Assembly (NCBI GenBank): GCA_963826715.1
Contig: CAWGYA010000007.1
Location: forward strand, 64,001 to 128,000
Direction: 5' to 3'
DNA from: Candidatus Bathyarchaeota archaeon
GTDB lineage: Archaea; Thermoproteota; Bathyarchaeia; Bathyarchaeales; Bathycorpusculaceae
Length of the DNA: 64,000 nucleotides
This document shows, in pieces, positions 36,725-46,417 of this stretch. The position numbers and the translations under genes are program-made. Position 1 is the stretch's first letter, and each line of letters begins with the position of its first letter. The notes under the pieces were generated by a model that saw only the letters and a list, made by a program, of their open reading frames with translations, searched no databases and was not told the DNA's origin.

Positions 36725-37271
36725 GCCTACGTTGCCGCCATTTGCTCGACATCCACTCGTTATCTAACATAACTCCCGTAAAACAACTTGAGTTATAGTC
36801 GAGCTGGTGATCTACCCTGGTGCAACAAAGCCAAAGTAAGATTCACCTTTTTTTTACTTAAATACTAAATCGTAATTTCGGAAGTGCCTGCTTACTATCA
36901 AGGTTATGCCTGCGATGATATTAAATATTCCATAAATAGTACAATTGTGTTTCCGATGCCCCGAACCCAACGTCGACAAATTTCCCTCCCCATTTTTTTT
37001 AAGAAGCAACATCATTATGGAACAGCCTCCCAAAAAGTTGGATAGTCTTCAGGTAAATAATGACTATTCTAAGCTGCAAAGAATCGATTTTTTTCGCTCG
37101 GAAGTTGCGTTTTTCGCCATACCAGAACTCTTACTTTCTTCAAGTGTACATTATGTGGCTTTACGATACGGGAGGCTGAATAAAGGAATGAACGATGCAA
37201 ATACAAAGATCTTAAGGAAGGTTAGTGTAATTTGGATTTTTCCCCTTTGCTGCTTAAGGCTGCCTGTGAGA

Positions 37272-37694
37272 TTAGGCTTGTGACTGTTTGGTTCTCTTGT
37301 ATTCTTCGTACTTGTACAGTGCTTCGCTTATTTGGCTGCGTATGAATTGCTCCGGACTGCGAAATGGTGTTCCCATTTCTTTTAGGGCTTCTTCGAGCTC
37401 GTTATACTGCTCACGGGAGACTTCTAGGAATTCGTTATCGTTTTTCAATCGTTCTAGTCGGTAGCGTATAGCGTCACGGACAAAGTCCTCTTTGTTGGTG
37501 AAGCCTATGTCTTTGTTTTCTTCAATGAAGTTTTCCACTTTAGCAATGACTTCAGGCGGAAGAATAACCGACTGCTGCAAGAGGGCGTTTATGGCGTCTT
37601 GGTAAGTTTGCATTTTGTTTGTCTCAGCGGTGAGCTCTCCTAGGAGACCGGTTAGTTTGCTGTGGATGTCGTCTGAGATTTTTATTGCTTTCAT
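37272..37694 (-). CDS. Ribbon-helix-helix regulator (repressor candidate)
   Basis: MKAIKISDDIH..L and a second RHH motif (GF.NKEDFVRDAIR); divergent from 37799. Confidence 0.75.
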   Translation of the reverse strand: MKAIKISDDIHSKLTGLLGELTAETNKMQTYQDAINALLQQSVILPPEVIAKVENFIEENKDIGFTNKEDFVRDAIRYRLERLKNDNEFLEVSREQYNELEEALKEMGTPFRSPEQFIRSQISEALYKYEEYKRTKQSQA

Positions 37695-37798
37695 GGGTAT
37701 TTCTCCTGTTAACAGAAGTATGATTAGTAGGATTAGATTTATAAGGTTTCTCATTGTAACGGAGTTAACTAAGTTAACTATAAGGGGAATTGTGAGAA

Positions 37799-38011
37799 AT
37801 GAAAGCAAAAGTCGCCTTCACCATTGATCAAGCGGTCCTAAAAGAAATAGACGCCTTAAGGGACCTAGCAACGCGAAGCGCCTTCGCCAATGAAATCCTC
37901 AAACAAGGACTCAAAGCATACAAGGCAACGCATAAGCGACCCAAGGCGCCATTTCCAGCCGTGACCTTTGATACGGCTGAGGAAACAGCATTAGCGAGGG
38001 AGAGACCATGA
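37799..38011 (+). CDS. Small RHH/CopG-like regulator
   Basis: KVAFTID..VL.EID.LR...TRSAF.NEIL..GL. Confidence 0.75.
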   Translation: MKAKVAFTIDQAVLKEIDALRDLATRSAFANEILKQGLKAYKATHKRPKAPFPAVTFDTAEETALARERP

Positions 38012-38253
38012 CGGAAGGACATAAAGTTTGCCCCTTAGCCGCAGCCCATCCTCAACAGGGAAATAGCGATTGCCTAGGCGAAGCGTGCGCATGCCACGTA
38101 AAAATGCAAAAGCCACGCTTAATGCAAACAGGCAACACCAGCCTCGTTGATCCAGAAAGTTTCTATCGCTATGTCGGATGCGGATTGGTGGCACATATTC
38201 CCTGGGAACTTGTCAACTGCGAAAACGACTCTAAAATCAAACAAGTAAATTAG
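38008..38253 (+). CDS. Small Cys-rich protein
   Basis: CPL, CLGEACAC and GCGL motifs; ATGA overlap with the upstream gene. Confidence 0.6.
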   Translation: MTEGHKVCPLAAAHPQQGNSDCLGEACACHVKMQKPRLMQTGNTSLVDPESFYRYVGCGLVAHIPWELVNCENDSKIKQVN

Positions 38254-38257
38254 CCAG

Positions 38258-39553
38258 GTGCAAAACTGCAGGAATGAGGAGTGGGAGGGAATGGTTGGAT
38301 ATTCAAGCGGGGTTAAGTCTCCTAATGTTTTTAGCGCCTTCTCCAGTTCTTCCGCTTGTGGATCCACGCTTCAAGAAAGCATCCCCCTAAACCCACCTTG
38401 CCCTCAATGTAACTCAAAACGGCTATGGCGAGACTCCAAACGTTACACAGCCGCTGGAGACGAAATACAAAGATGGCTCTGCAGGGAGTGCGGCTTAAGA
38501 TTTTCCGATCCAAATGACATCAAAAAAGCCGGCACGGCAGTTGCAACAGTTGAAAGAATTGAAACGAAGACATTAAAAAGCGCAAACAACAACTTCTCTA
38601 CAACCCAAATCTGCGTAAAGGAGACGAAAAATTTGGATGCAGAACAACAGACCACTGGAGTTCTGCGGAGCAACCAAGCAGACATCAAAGGCAAAATCGT
38701 TGAACACGCTTTCTGGATGCAAAAAGAAGGATACGCCGAAGCAACAATCTCACGCCGCATACGCTTTCTAAAAACAATGATGAACAAAGGAGCCAACTTA
38801 GCAGACCCCGAATCACTAAAAGAAATGCTAGCCCGACAACAAAACTGGCAAGCAAAAACCAAAAAAATAGCAGTCGAAACCTATAGCCTCTTCCTAAAAA
38901 TGCAAGGCTTAACCTGGAACCCACCAAAATTCAAAAGCGTCAAAAAACTGCCATTTATCCCAACAGAGCAAGAAATCAACAGCCTAATCGCAGGCAGCAA
39001 CAGAAAAACAGCAACCTTCCTACAACTACTCAAAGAAACAGGCATGCGATGTGGAGAAGCCTTCCTACTCAAATGGACCGACTTCAACTTCGAAAACAGA
39101 AGCGTCGACATAACACCAGAAAAAGGCAGCGAACCAAGACAACTACCAATCTCAAATCAGCTAATAGCAATGCTAAACAGCCTACCAAAAGACCAAGAAA
39201 AGCCCTACGGATGCAGCGAGCGACATTTCGCAAGAGCCTTCCGCCTACAAAGAAGCCGAATAGCCTTTAATCTCAAAAACGACCGCTTAAAAAAAATCCA
39301 CTTCCACACCCTACGCCACTGGAAAGCCACCACTGAGTACGCTAAAACCAAAGATATCTTACACGTAATGAAGCTACTCGGCCACAGAAACATCCAAAAC
39401 ACCCTACTGTACACTCAGCTCATCACTTTCAAAAACGACGAATTCCACAGCGCAACCGCCAAAACCGTTGAAGACGCACAAAAGCTCGTTGAGGCAGGAT
39501 TCGAATATGTATGTGACTTTGGAGACGTAAAACTATTCAGGAAGCGAAAGTAA
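38258..39553 (+). CDS. Tyrosine integrase with N-terminal Zn ribbon (element B)
   Basis: ETGMRCGE, K, HTLRH, LGH and catalytic Y motifs; ends 48 nt before the att copy. Confidence 0.93.
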   Translation: MQNCRNEEWEGMVGYSSGVKSPNVFSAFSSSSACGSTLQESIPLNPPCPQCNSKRLWRDSKRYTAAGDEIQRWLCRECGLRFSDPNDIKKAGTAVATVERIETKTLKSANNNFSTTQICVKETKNLDAEQQTTGVLRSNQADIKGKIVEHAFWMQKEGYAEATISRRIRFLKTMMNKGANLADPESLKEMLARQQNWQAKTKKIAVETYSLFLKMQGLTWNPPKFKSVKKLPFIPTEQEINSLIAGSNRKTATFLQLLKETGMRCGEAFLLKWTDFNFENRSVDITPEKGSEPRQLPISNQLIAMLNSLPKDQEKPYGCSERHFARAFRLQRSRIAFNLKNDRLKKIHFHTLRHWKATTEYAKTKDILHVMKLLGHRNIQNTLLYTQLITFKNDEFHSATAKTVEDAQKLVEAGFEYVCDFGDVKLFRKRK

Positions 39554-39601
39554 AATGACTAAAAAATTGAACAAAATCATCGCCAATAGGGCCACTGGAA
39601 A

Positions 39602-39619
39602 TGTGGTGAGGCCGCTGGG
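39602..39619 (-). repeat. att site: second tRNA 3'-end fragment
   Basis: TGTGGTGAGGCCGCTGGG is identical to 325-342. Confidence 0.85.
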
Positions 39620-39665
39620 TTCCAGTCGTGCACACGTTAAAAGGTACCACATCTTTAGCGTCGTT

Positions 39666-41102
39666 TTATGTAACCTCCTTGCGGAAAAGCTCTTTAAGAT
39701 GCTCAGCAAGCAATGAGAGCTGATGATTCTGTTTCTGATCTAGAGCTTCAGTGATGTTTCCTCGGAACATTGCGTCTTTGGTGAGTATTTCTTCAGGGTT
39801 TCCGCCCCATGCCCTGATGATCTCTTTTAGTTGGTCAATGCGGTTTACTTCGGTTTTTGATCTGATTGTTATCCCAGAGGTTGCGTAGAGATTTCTCAAG
39901 GTTTCGATGCCTAAGCTTTGAACGTCTGTGTATGTGTCGATAGTGTGTCCCATCATGTATTCCACAAGTTCGGGGTCGATCTTTGCGATGCTCATTTGGC
40001 TTCGGAAGAATTTGCGTAGACTGTGAACTCTTACGCTATACATCCAGCTGTTAGGTAGTTTCTTTGCGATATTTTCGCCGACAGCAAGTTCGTGTATTAT
40101 GTCTCTAATTGCTTTTTCAGTAACGCCTAAAATCTTGTCTGCTATGCGGCAGTTACGGATAAGTGGTGATTCATCTGTTAACTGCTCGGGTGGGAAATAC
40201 CTGTTGCCTCGTCGTCTTTCATCGATGTAGCTTTTTAGCAGGCTGCAGGCTTCAGCGCCAAGGAACGTGTCGTAGTCGTGGTATTTGCCTTTGGTGATTT
40301 CTGCTTCAACATGAACGTGGATAGGGATGCGATTTGCTTCTAAGTCCTCGCGGATGTGGCGGTATTTGAGTTTTACAAAGGTTCCTATGCGGAATCCACC
40401 TGTTGATATGGCTGCGATGATAAAAGCTTCTCGGGTAGCGGAATTATCAAGCATTGTGGCTATTTCTTGAGGTTTTGGAGCTCTGTCTTTGTAGATTACT
40501 TTGCGTTTTAATGGCTCGTCGAGTTCAACTTTTTTGACGCCGTTAGCTCGGTAAAAGGTTTTTACTGCTTTAATGCGATTGCATACAGCGTTGGGTGCAA
40601 GACCTGCATCTTGGAGTTCTGCAAGATAATCGAGTAGAAAGCCGCAGTGCGCTTGGACACGCTGCTGGTCAGGTATGGCACCCGCGGGTTTAACGTCTGC
40701 TATTATTGTGTCGGGGCTGTGTCCTAGCCACTCAGCGTATTTTTTTAATTTTGTTGAGTACATTAGACAGCTTGCTTTTGAGGCTGAGCAGTGACGTAGG
40801 AAATGCCTCGCCATTCTTTGCATGCTGGGGTATTCGAAAATATAGGGAATTATGCCTGGTTGGTGCTCGATACAGCTGCGTATGATATAGTCGATGAGTC
40901 CTTTCTCTTGGGCGGCTAAAATTTTGTCGAGTTTCATGATTACTGTTTTTCGTAGACGGTAGCCGTTTAAGCTTTTTTCGATGGCAACGGTGTCCCCTTG
41001 GATTATCAGCGGTAGGTTGAGGCTTTTTAGTTCTTCGACGGAAAGTTTATGATTTCGGGTTATGGGAGAGGTTACGGTAGCTTTCGCTATAGATATGGTC
41101 AA
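39666..41102 (-). CDS. Tyrosine recombinase/integrase (different family from 38258..39553)
   Basis: TGGFRIGT, ITKGK, HSLRKFF, MMGH...Y motifs. Confidence 0.88.
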   Translation of the reverse strand: MTISIAKATVTSPITRNHKLSVEELKSLNLPLIIQGDTVAIEKSLNGYRLRKTVIMKLDKILAAQEKGLIDYIIRSCIEHQPGIIPYIFEYPSMQRMARHFLRHCSASKASCLMYSTKLKKYAEWLGHSPDTIIADVKPAGAIPDQQRVQAHCGFLLDYLAELQDAGLAPNAVCNRIKAVKTFYRANGVKKVELDEPLKRKVIYKDRAPKPQEIATMLDNSATREAFIIAAISTGGFRIGTFVKLKYRHIREDLEANRIPIHVHVEAEITKGKYHDYDTFLGAEACSLLKSYIDERRRGNRYFPPEQLTDESPLIRNCRIADKILGVTEKAIRDIIHELAVGENIAKKLPNSWMYSVRVHSLRKFFRSQMSIAKIDPELVEYMMGHTIDTYTDVQSLGIETLRNLYATSGITIRSKTEVNRIDQLKEIIRAWGGNPEEILTKDAMFRGNITEALDQKQNHQLSLLAEHLKELFRKEVT

Positions 41103-41104
41103 AG

Positions 41105-41557
41105 TTACTTTTTCTCCTTCGCTGTTTTTCCCGGAGTATCTGTGACTCCGCGAGTTTTTCGCTCCGATGGACGGAACGCATACTCACTATCTTCTTTGTC
41201 TTGTTTGCTTTTTAAATTCAACTCACAATTTCGTTGATGCTCTGGAGAAAACGCTACCATGCGTACAAGATCCGATTTTAACAGAACTAACCCCGAGGCT
41301 TTGGGGTCTCCTCCGTGCAGCGTTGGAGGACCAGAATCCCGATCCCAGGAAATGATGATGTAGGTGTCCGCCTCATAGATCAGCCAGCCAACGGCTTCTC
41401 TGGTTTGAGGCTGCATCAAAAGTGCCGAAGAGCGATTATACATGACATGGTCTAGGTACTGGACAAACACTAATTTTTCAAAGGCAGGGTCAAGCTTAAC
41501 CAAAGTGTTGACCTCATCAACCCAGCCCCAATCATTGTCTTCAGCCATCCCGCCCAC
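41105..41557 (-). CDS. Hypothetical small beta-barrel protein
   Basis: LVFVQYLDH...AVGWL.....YIII pattern, similar to 62289..62735. Confidence 0.6.
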   Translation of the reverse strand: MGGMAEDNDWGWVDEVNTLVKLDPAFEKLVFVQYLDHVMYNRSSALLMQPQTREAVGWLIYEADTYIIISWDRDSGPPTLHGGDPKASGLVLLKSDLVRMVAFSPEHQRNCELNLKSKQDKEDSEYAFRPSERKTRGVTDTPGKTAKEKK

Positions 41558-41569
41558 CTCTAGCTTTGT

Positions 41570-41845
41570 TTAGTTTTCCTTTGCGGTTTTGTGTGAGTCA
41601 AAAAAGAGGATGGGTTTGTCTTTGACGTCTTGCAGGTAGGTTACTGGAAACATTTGCCTAAAGAGCTCAACCGCTTCTGGGCTTTCAAAGATCGGAGTGG
41701 CATACTCTGAAGCTTTGATTAAGTGTTCTCTGCAGAACGGAGCATAGAGTCGTGTTGTGCCACTTTGATAGTAAACATAGCCCGTGTGCCCTGCTGGATG
41801 TTTTCCGCAGACTACACATCGGTTTCGATTCAGCCGCTTCCTCAT
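41570..41845 (-). CDS. Small Zn-finger protein
   Basis: CVVC...FCREH. Confidence 0.6.
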   Translation of the reverse strand: MRKRLNRNRCVVCGKHPAGHTGYVYYQSGTTRLYAPFCREHLIKASEYATPIFESPEAVELFRQMFPVTYLQDVKDKPILFFDSHKTAKEN

Positions 41846-41857
41846 GTTTCCGCCTCG

Positions 41858-42100
41858 CTACTTGAAGAATTGGTCGTCACGCATGTTTTCGCTGATTTGG
41901 ATGAAGCCCTTTTTCTTGCAAAAATCGTTAATTTTTATAAGCAGCGGGTCGTCGCCTCTTTCAAACTCTTTTTTAAAGCCAATCCTTCCAGTTTGAACCC
42001 TAATCTCAATGAGTCCATCTGTTCCGAGAATTTGATAAAAACCCAACTTATCCCCGGCATACTCCTCAAGGGCACCCCAGTCCTCAATAATATTTACCAC
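41858..42100 (-). CDS. Hypothetical protein
   Basis: 80 aa ORF with GGTGA SD; first gene of the operon leading to the recombinase. Confidence 0.65.
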   Translation of the reverse strand: MVNIIEDWGALEEYAGDKLGFYQILGTDGLIEIRVQTGRIGFKKEFERGDDPLLIKINDFCKKKGFIQISENMRDDQFFK

Positions 42101-42157
42101 TTCAATGTCACCTTGACTTTTCGAGCGCGCCTGAGTTCAAAAACAATCTGGTGCTTT

Positions 42158-42208
42158 CAAGGAAACTCCTTGTGACCCCCCTCTGGGGAGTTTCCTTGTG
42201 AGGGGGTC
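42158..42208. other. Interleaved inverted repeats (structured leader or protein-binding site)
   Basis: CAAGGAAACTCC (42158-42169) pairs with GGAGTTTCCTTG (42187-42198); GACCCCC (42174-42180) pairs with GGGGGTC (42202-42208). Confidence 0.55.
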
Positions 42209-42381
42209 TCGCGGAAACTACCTAAAACAGTCAAATTAAGAATTGAATACTTTCATCATTATGAATAAAATTGACTATTTAATGTCAGAATTGTTTCTAG
42301 ATACAGAAAAATAGGCAATACCTCTCTTTTTATGACCTATCTCCAGCATAGTCACTTATTTTGAGATGCACACTTACCCTA

Positions 42382-42945
42382 TCATGTGTTCAACACGTGT
42401 AAGTAGTAATTAGTAAAATGATATAACCCGGTAAAAGTCGTGTAAGTTGTTGCAAACCTAAAAGTCAATTGAAAATCAACCACTCTATTACCACCACCAA
42501 CCGTAACACTCCCAACTTCTAGCGGATAGGCTACCTCTACTTGCTGTTGGATAATTTCGCTTCTCGGCGCCTGAATAGATAAAAAGAATTCGTTGTAGTT
42601 TATAGTAACTGAATCTCCAGAACCATACTGCAGATGAACAGACACTACAACCTCAGTCATATTATCTCCGAGGGTTCTTCTGCTTGCTTCGCTGTAAGTT
42701 AAGGCTATGTCATGATCTGGAAGTGAACTTGTTCGAGGGGGCGGAGTAACAATCGGCGTTGGGCTCACTACTATTGTAGGCGTTGGATTTGATTGCGTTG
42801 GTGTCACAGTACTTTTGCTACTAGGCAAGGGGGTAGGTGTAGTTTGAGCGGGTTCGCTGTCAAGGATAAATCCGATGTTTATCCCTATGCTTAAAGCAAA
42901 GGCAAAAAGCAAAACGACAACTAAAACCACTGTGGGTGTTTTCAT
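42382..42945 (-). CDS. Membrane-anchored protein with Thr/Pro linker and Ig-like domain
   Basis: N-terminal TM helix, PT-rich stalk, beta domain. Confidence 0.75.
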   Translation of the reverse strand: MKTPTVVLVVVLLFAFALSIGINIGFILDSEPAQTTPTPLPSSKSTVTPTQSNPTPTIVVSPTPIVTPPPRTSSLPDHDIALTYSEASRRTLGDNMTEVVVSVHLQYGSGDSVTINYNEFFLSIQAPRSEIIQQQVEVAYPLEVGSVTVGGGNRVVDFQLTFRFATTYTTFTGLYHFTNYYLHVLNT

Positions 42946-43228
42946 GAAAGTTAGCTATCCTTTTAGTATCAGACACTAATTTCTTTAGCGTCCCTGTTTT
43001 ATAAAAGACTTCTTGTATACATCTCTTGAATAGCCCGGTCAAATTTTCTTGACAAAAAGAGATTCCTTTGAGTTGTCACACTGCGGCGGGTCGCCACATA
43101 GTGTATCCTACCCTGTTTTGGAGTATCGCGGGCTTTCAAAGAACCAGATAGAATTGGGTGCCACAGGCAGTTAGATCCGGGTTTAGCATAACTCTCTACG
43201 TTACCTTGCTGAAAGCTTAACGGACCTT

Positions 43229-43633
43229 CTAGTCTTTTTGGGATTCAAGAACATTTAGTAGCGCTAACAGGATATTTGCTGCCTGCGTGTCTGTGGCTTG
43301 GTCAATTATGTCTTGAATGCTATTTTCTTTGAGAAACATCGCAAGGTAGGCTTTGGTTCGCAGCTCATAGCTTACCAGGCTCTTGGCGCCTTCCAACTCT
43401 AATTTGGCTTCTCCGATGTAGCCCGTTTGCTGAAGTGAATGCAGACGTTTTGTTAGGCTTGCATAGTAGGTTTCCTCTAAACCCTCATACCTACTTATTC
43501 GTTTAAGTAACTGTTTGATATTTTGCGGGCTATCTTTGACTAGGGCATCAAAAACAGCGACGTTAGCTCTAGCTGCTCTATCCGAGAACACCTCCAACTC
43601 AGTTCCCTTGCCCTTCTGCTTCTTCCCCGCCAA
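43229..43633 (-). CDS. wHTH domain protein
   Basis: Y.SL.KRLHSL...GYI...YEL.TKA pattern. Confidence 0.6.
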   Translation of the reverse strand: MAGKKQKGKGTELEVFSDRAARANVAVFDALVKDSPQNIKQLLKRISRYEGLEETYYASLTKRLHSLQQTGYIGEAKLELEGAKSLVSYELRTKAYLAMFLKENSIQDIIDQATDTQAANILLALLNVLESQKD

Positions 43634-43958
43634 AGATTACACAACCCTCCAGCCTTTGGAAGGAATAAACAATGCGTCGGAGCTAACTTATGACGTTAGC
43701 CTCTGCTTGTTGGGCGGTTTTGTCTTGGGCAATATTTTTCTAGACTAGAAATACTATGGGCAAAACGCATTTGGCGACGCTATGGAGACATAATTGACAG
43801 TTTCATGTAAAAAAAGGGCAAATAACGTTACTTGCAACGGTGTTTTTCCGAGGTCCAAAAAAGCGCATTTCTTGAATAGATGCATTTTACCGGGCACATA
43901 TTTATGATAGACTCTTAAGTGGAAACGGGGAATCGCAACTGCGTCGGCAAAACGGGAA

Positions 43959-44150
43959 TCATATTTGATTGTCTATTAGCAAAATATAGGTGGTGTTGCC
44001 GTTTCTGGTTGCTTTAATCTCTAGTTGGCGGTCGCGCAGGCACTGCAAAAAATCATGAAGTTCCGTTGGAAACCGTAAACAAACCTCTTCATACACGTAC
44101 ATATCTTTCTTGCCTGGCTTTTTAACAAAGTAAAAACTAAGTTTGACCAA
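43959..44150 (-). CDS. Small hypothetical protein
   Basis: 63 aa ORF overlapping the end of the upstream gene. Confidence 0.5.
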   Translation of the reverse strand: MVKLSFYFVKKPGKKDMYVYEEVCLRFPTELHDFLQCLRDRQLEIKATRNGNTTYILLIDNQI

Positions 44151-44421
44151 AGCTAACCACCCCGTCTTTGGGCATTGTGGCTAGCTGCTTTTCGAGTTCG
44201 CCAATTTTCTTTTGCTGCCCTAAAAGAATACTCATCACCATAGGCTCAAACAGTATCGGGTTGCAAGCGTTTCCAGCTGCCATAGCGTTGTTTCTGCACA
44301 TATCCATAATTTCATCAAAAGCCTCCCTGTCCAGGTCACATGCCAAAGCTTTTCTGTAGCTCTTCCAAATGGCGATCTCGGTCTCCAAAACCATGCGATA
44401 AGAAGGAACAGTCTTACCCAC
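44137..44421 (-). CDS. Conserved archaeal small helical protein (MGKTVPSYR type)
   Basis: GTG start after GGAGG; MGKTVPSYR..LE.EI..W..YRKAL...DREAFD. Confidence 0.7.
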   Translation of the reverse strand: MGKTVPSYRMVLETEIAIWKSYRKALACDLDREAFDEIMDMCRNNAMAAGNACNPILFEPMVMSILLGQQKKIGELEKQLATMPKDGVVSFGQT

Positions 44422-44628
44422 CCCTTCTAAGCCTCCAAATAATCTGAATTCGGTTTCATGCAAAATCCCACAGGTCATGCATCCAGTAATTTTGCATATA
44501 AAACAGCGGTCGAAGCCTACTTGCTGTGCAGTGGAGAGTAGGATGAAAATGATTGAAACTACAATTGCGGCACTCCAGTGAGCGAATTTGTCATTTTATT
44601 GGTCTGTCGAATCGGCGTAGCAGGCGAT

Positions 44629-44955
44629 TTATCGGGGCTTAAAGTATGAATACCTAATACTCTCTTCAGGGAGCTCTTCGATTTCAAGGCTTTTGAGTTT
44701 TCCGTTTTCTTTTTCAAAAATCATGATAACTCCTTTTCCAAAGTAAGGTTCTAAAATCTCCCTGACAAAATCTATCGGCAACAAAGTCTCACTCTCTTCA
44801 TCAAGAGGATAAAATTTTATTTCGCCCGTTGGAAGCTTCACAAGTTTTACCGCTATAGCCGTTTCTTCCATAATTAACCCCCAGTTGTTAGCGCACATTA
44901 GAGTATTAAACTCTTCAGTATATTCAGATATCAGATACCAACCCATGCTTGCCAC
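44629..44955 (-). CDS. Hypothetical protein (start uncertain)
   Basis: ORF with protein-like C-terminal 80 aa. Confidence 0.5.
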   Translation of the reverse strand: MASMGWYLISEYTEEFNTLMCANNWGLIMEETAIAVKLVKLPTGEIKFYPLDEESETLLPIDFVREILEPYFGKGVIMIFEKENGKLKSLEIEELPEESIRYSYFKPR

Positions 44956-45002
44956 TTGAACCGCGTTAGGCTTAAATATAAATCACTCACAGAAAGGATT
45001 CT

Positions 45003-45320
45003 ATGGAACTCTTCTTTCTTCCCAGAGAAACGATCTTTCTAACCTTCAAAATGGCAAACGGTTCCGGATGGTTAACTAGCCACCGCCTAATCCTATGCGA
45101 GCATCCACCTGGACAAATGAAAGGACATGTCCCAGAAGATTATTGGCTTAAAAACTTTGAAAAAGCCCAGATAAAGGATTCAAAGCTGACGGTTAAATTC
45201 AAAGACAAAGAAGCCCAAATCCAACTTCAATTGTACGCCCCCAGCATACTTGAGGATATAAAGAACTTCCTTGAGGAAGCAGCTAAAAACTGTAAAAAAC
45301 GATTTCTTAGCGAGAGTTAA
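45003..45320 (+). CDS. PH-like domain protein
   Basis: L...E..........G.LT..RLI pattern. Confidence 0.5.
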   Translation: MELFFLPRETIFLTFKMANGSGWLTSHRLILCEHPPGQMKGHVPEDYWLKNFEKAQIKDSKLTVKFKDKEAQIQLQLYAPSILEDIKNFLEEAAKNCKKRFLSES

Positions 45321-45325
45321 GCAGA

Positions 45326-45481
45326 ATGAACGAAAAGAGCTCTAAGGTAAAGCATGTTTGCTCCACTTGCGGAAAGGAAATATCCGAGCAAGACTGCCAA
45401 GACTACGATAGCAAGTGTTGGGAATGCTGGGACGACCAATTGACGGATGAATCGGACAGTATGATAGACGACTTGATGTAA
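45326..45481 (+). CDS. 51 aa Zn-finger protein (absent from the ORF track)
   Basis: CSTCGKEI...CWECW followed by an acidic tail. Confidence 0.55.
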   Translation: MNEKSSKVKHVCSTCGKEISEQDCQDYDSKCWECWDDQLTDESDSMIDDLM

Positions 45482-45895
45482 TATAGAAATTTTATTACCT
45501 TAAAAATTAAAGAGAAAAATTGCTTTTCTTCATTTCATCTGCTGCTATTTCTTCACCTGCATACGATCCCCATTTAACTGTAAAACCTGTCCTAAACATC
45601 TCTTGGATTAATTGAAAGATAACTTGCTTATAGGCAACTGGCGCATTAACAATTAAATCTTTAATACTAGCGGAAATCGAGTTTTGACCAATCAATTGAG
45701 CTTTTTGGCTATTATCGAGGTAGGGTTAACTAGTTAGTGCTTATGGCACCATCAACAGATTACTTTAGGCTAATGATATAAATTATTAAATGAAAAATCG
45801 CAAAAAGCCTTTTGAATGAACTGTTGATTAACAAAATATAAAAGGCATTACCGCAGACATAGGAACCCTAAATCATTGAGCGCTGGTAGGTAGAA

Positions 45896-46363
45896 ATGAG
45901 ACGTTCACGTATCAAACAATCTCTTGAAAGCTACTACACTTGTCCTTTTCAAATAAACGTCAAAGCGCGGTTGCGTTCAAAGACAGGAAAGTTTTTTTGC
46001 GCCGTAAAACAAAAGGGTTCAATTCATGCAAATAAGGAATGGAGCGAATTTAAAAGCAAACACGAGTGCGAATGTGGTATTTTAACCGATGAACAATTAA
46101 ATGAACAACTAAAAATTGCAATTAAAAACTGCGGTATCATACAAACATTAGTCAAAGCATTCGAGAACAGAGAATACGAGATAATTCACAATTTTTTCAA
46201 GGAGATAACAGATTATCAAGAATGGCAAACTTTTGTTGTTTACACAACAGGAATCGGTTGGAGTCGCTGGGAAATGCACATTGGTACCTGGCTCTTGAGG
46301 GAATGCCGATCAGACCCCCAATCTCCTTTCAAAGCAATGCTCCCTGAATCCAACCGTGAATAA
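45896..46363 (+). CDS. Hypothetical Cys-containing protein
   Basis: 155 aa ORF; no recognised family. Confidence 0.55.
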   Translation: MRRSRIKQSLESYYTCPFQINVKARLRSKTGKFFCAVKQKGSIHANKEWSEFKSKHECECGILTDEQLNEQLKIAIKNCGIIQTLVKAFENREYEIIHNFFKEITDYQEWQTFVVYTTGIGWSRWEMHIGTWLLRECRSDPQSPFKAMLPESNRE

Positions 46364-46417
46364 TCTTTTTTGATTTTGACCTTCACCGGGTTTATTGAAA
46401 ACTATTTGTTTAACTAC

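Larger units (their letters stand above)
350..39601. mobile_element. Integrated head-tail (Caudoviricetes-like) provirus, element B
   Basis: Bounded by direct-repeat tRNA 3' fragments. Contains integrase, terminase, portal, protease, capsid and tail genes in canonical order. Confidence 0.88.

Noticed and set aside
36945-37283. 112 aa ORF
   Set aside because: No SD or motif, atypical composition; likely spurious.
41723-42175. 150 aa plus-strand ORF
   Set aside because: Antisense shadow of the minus-strand operon.
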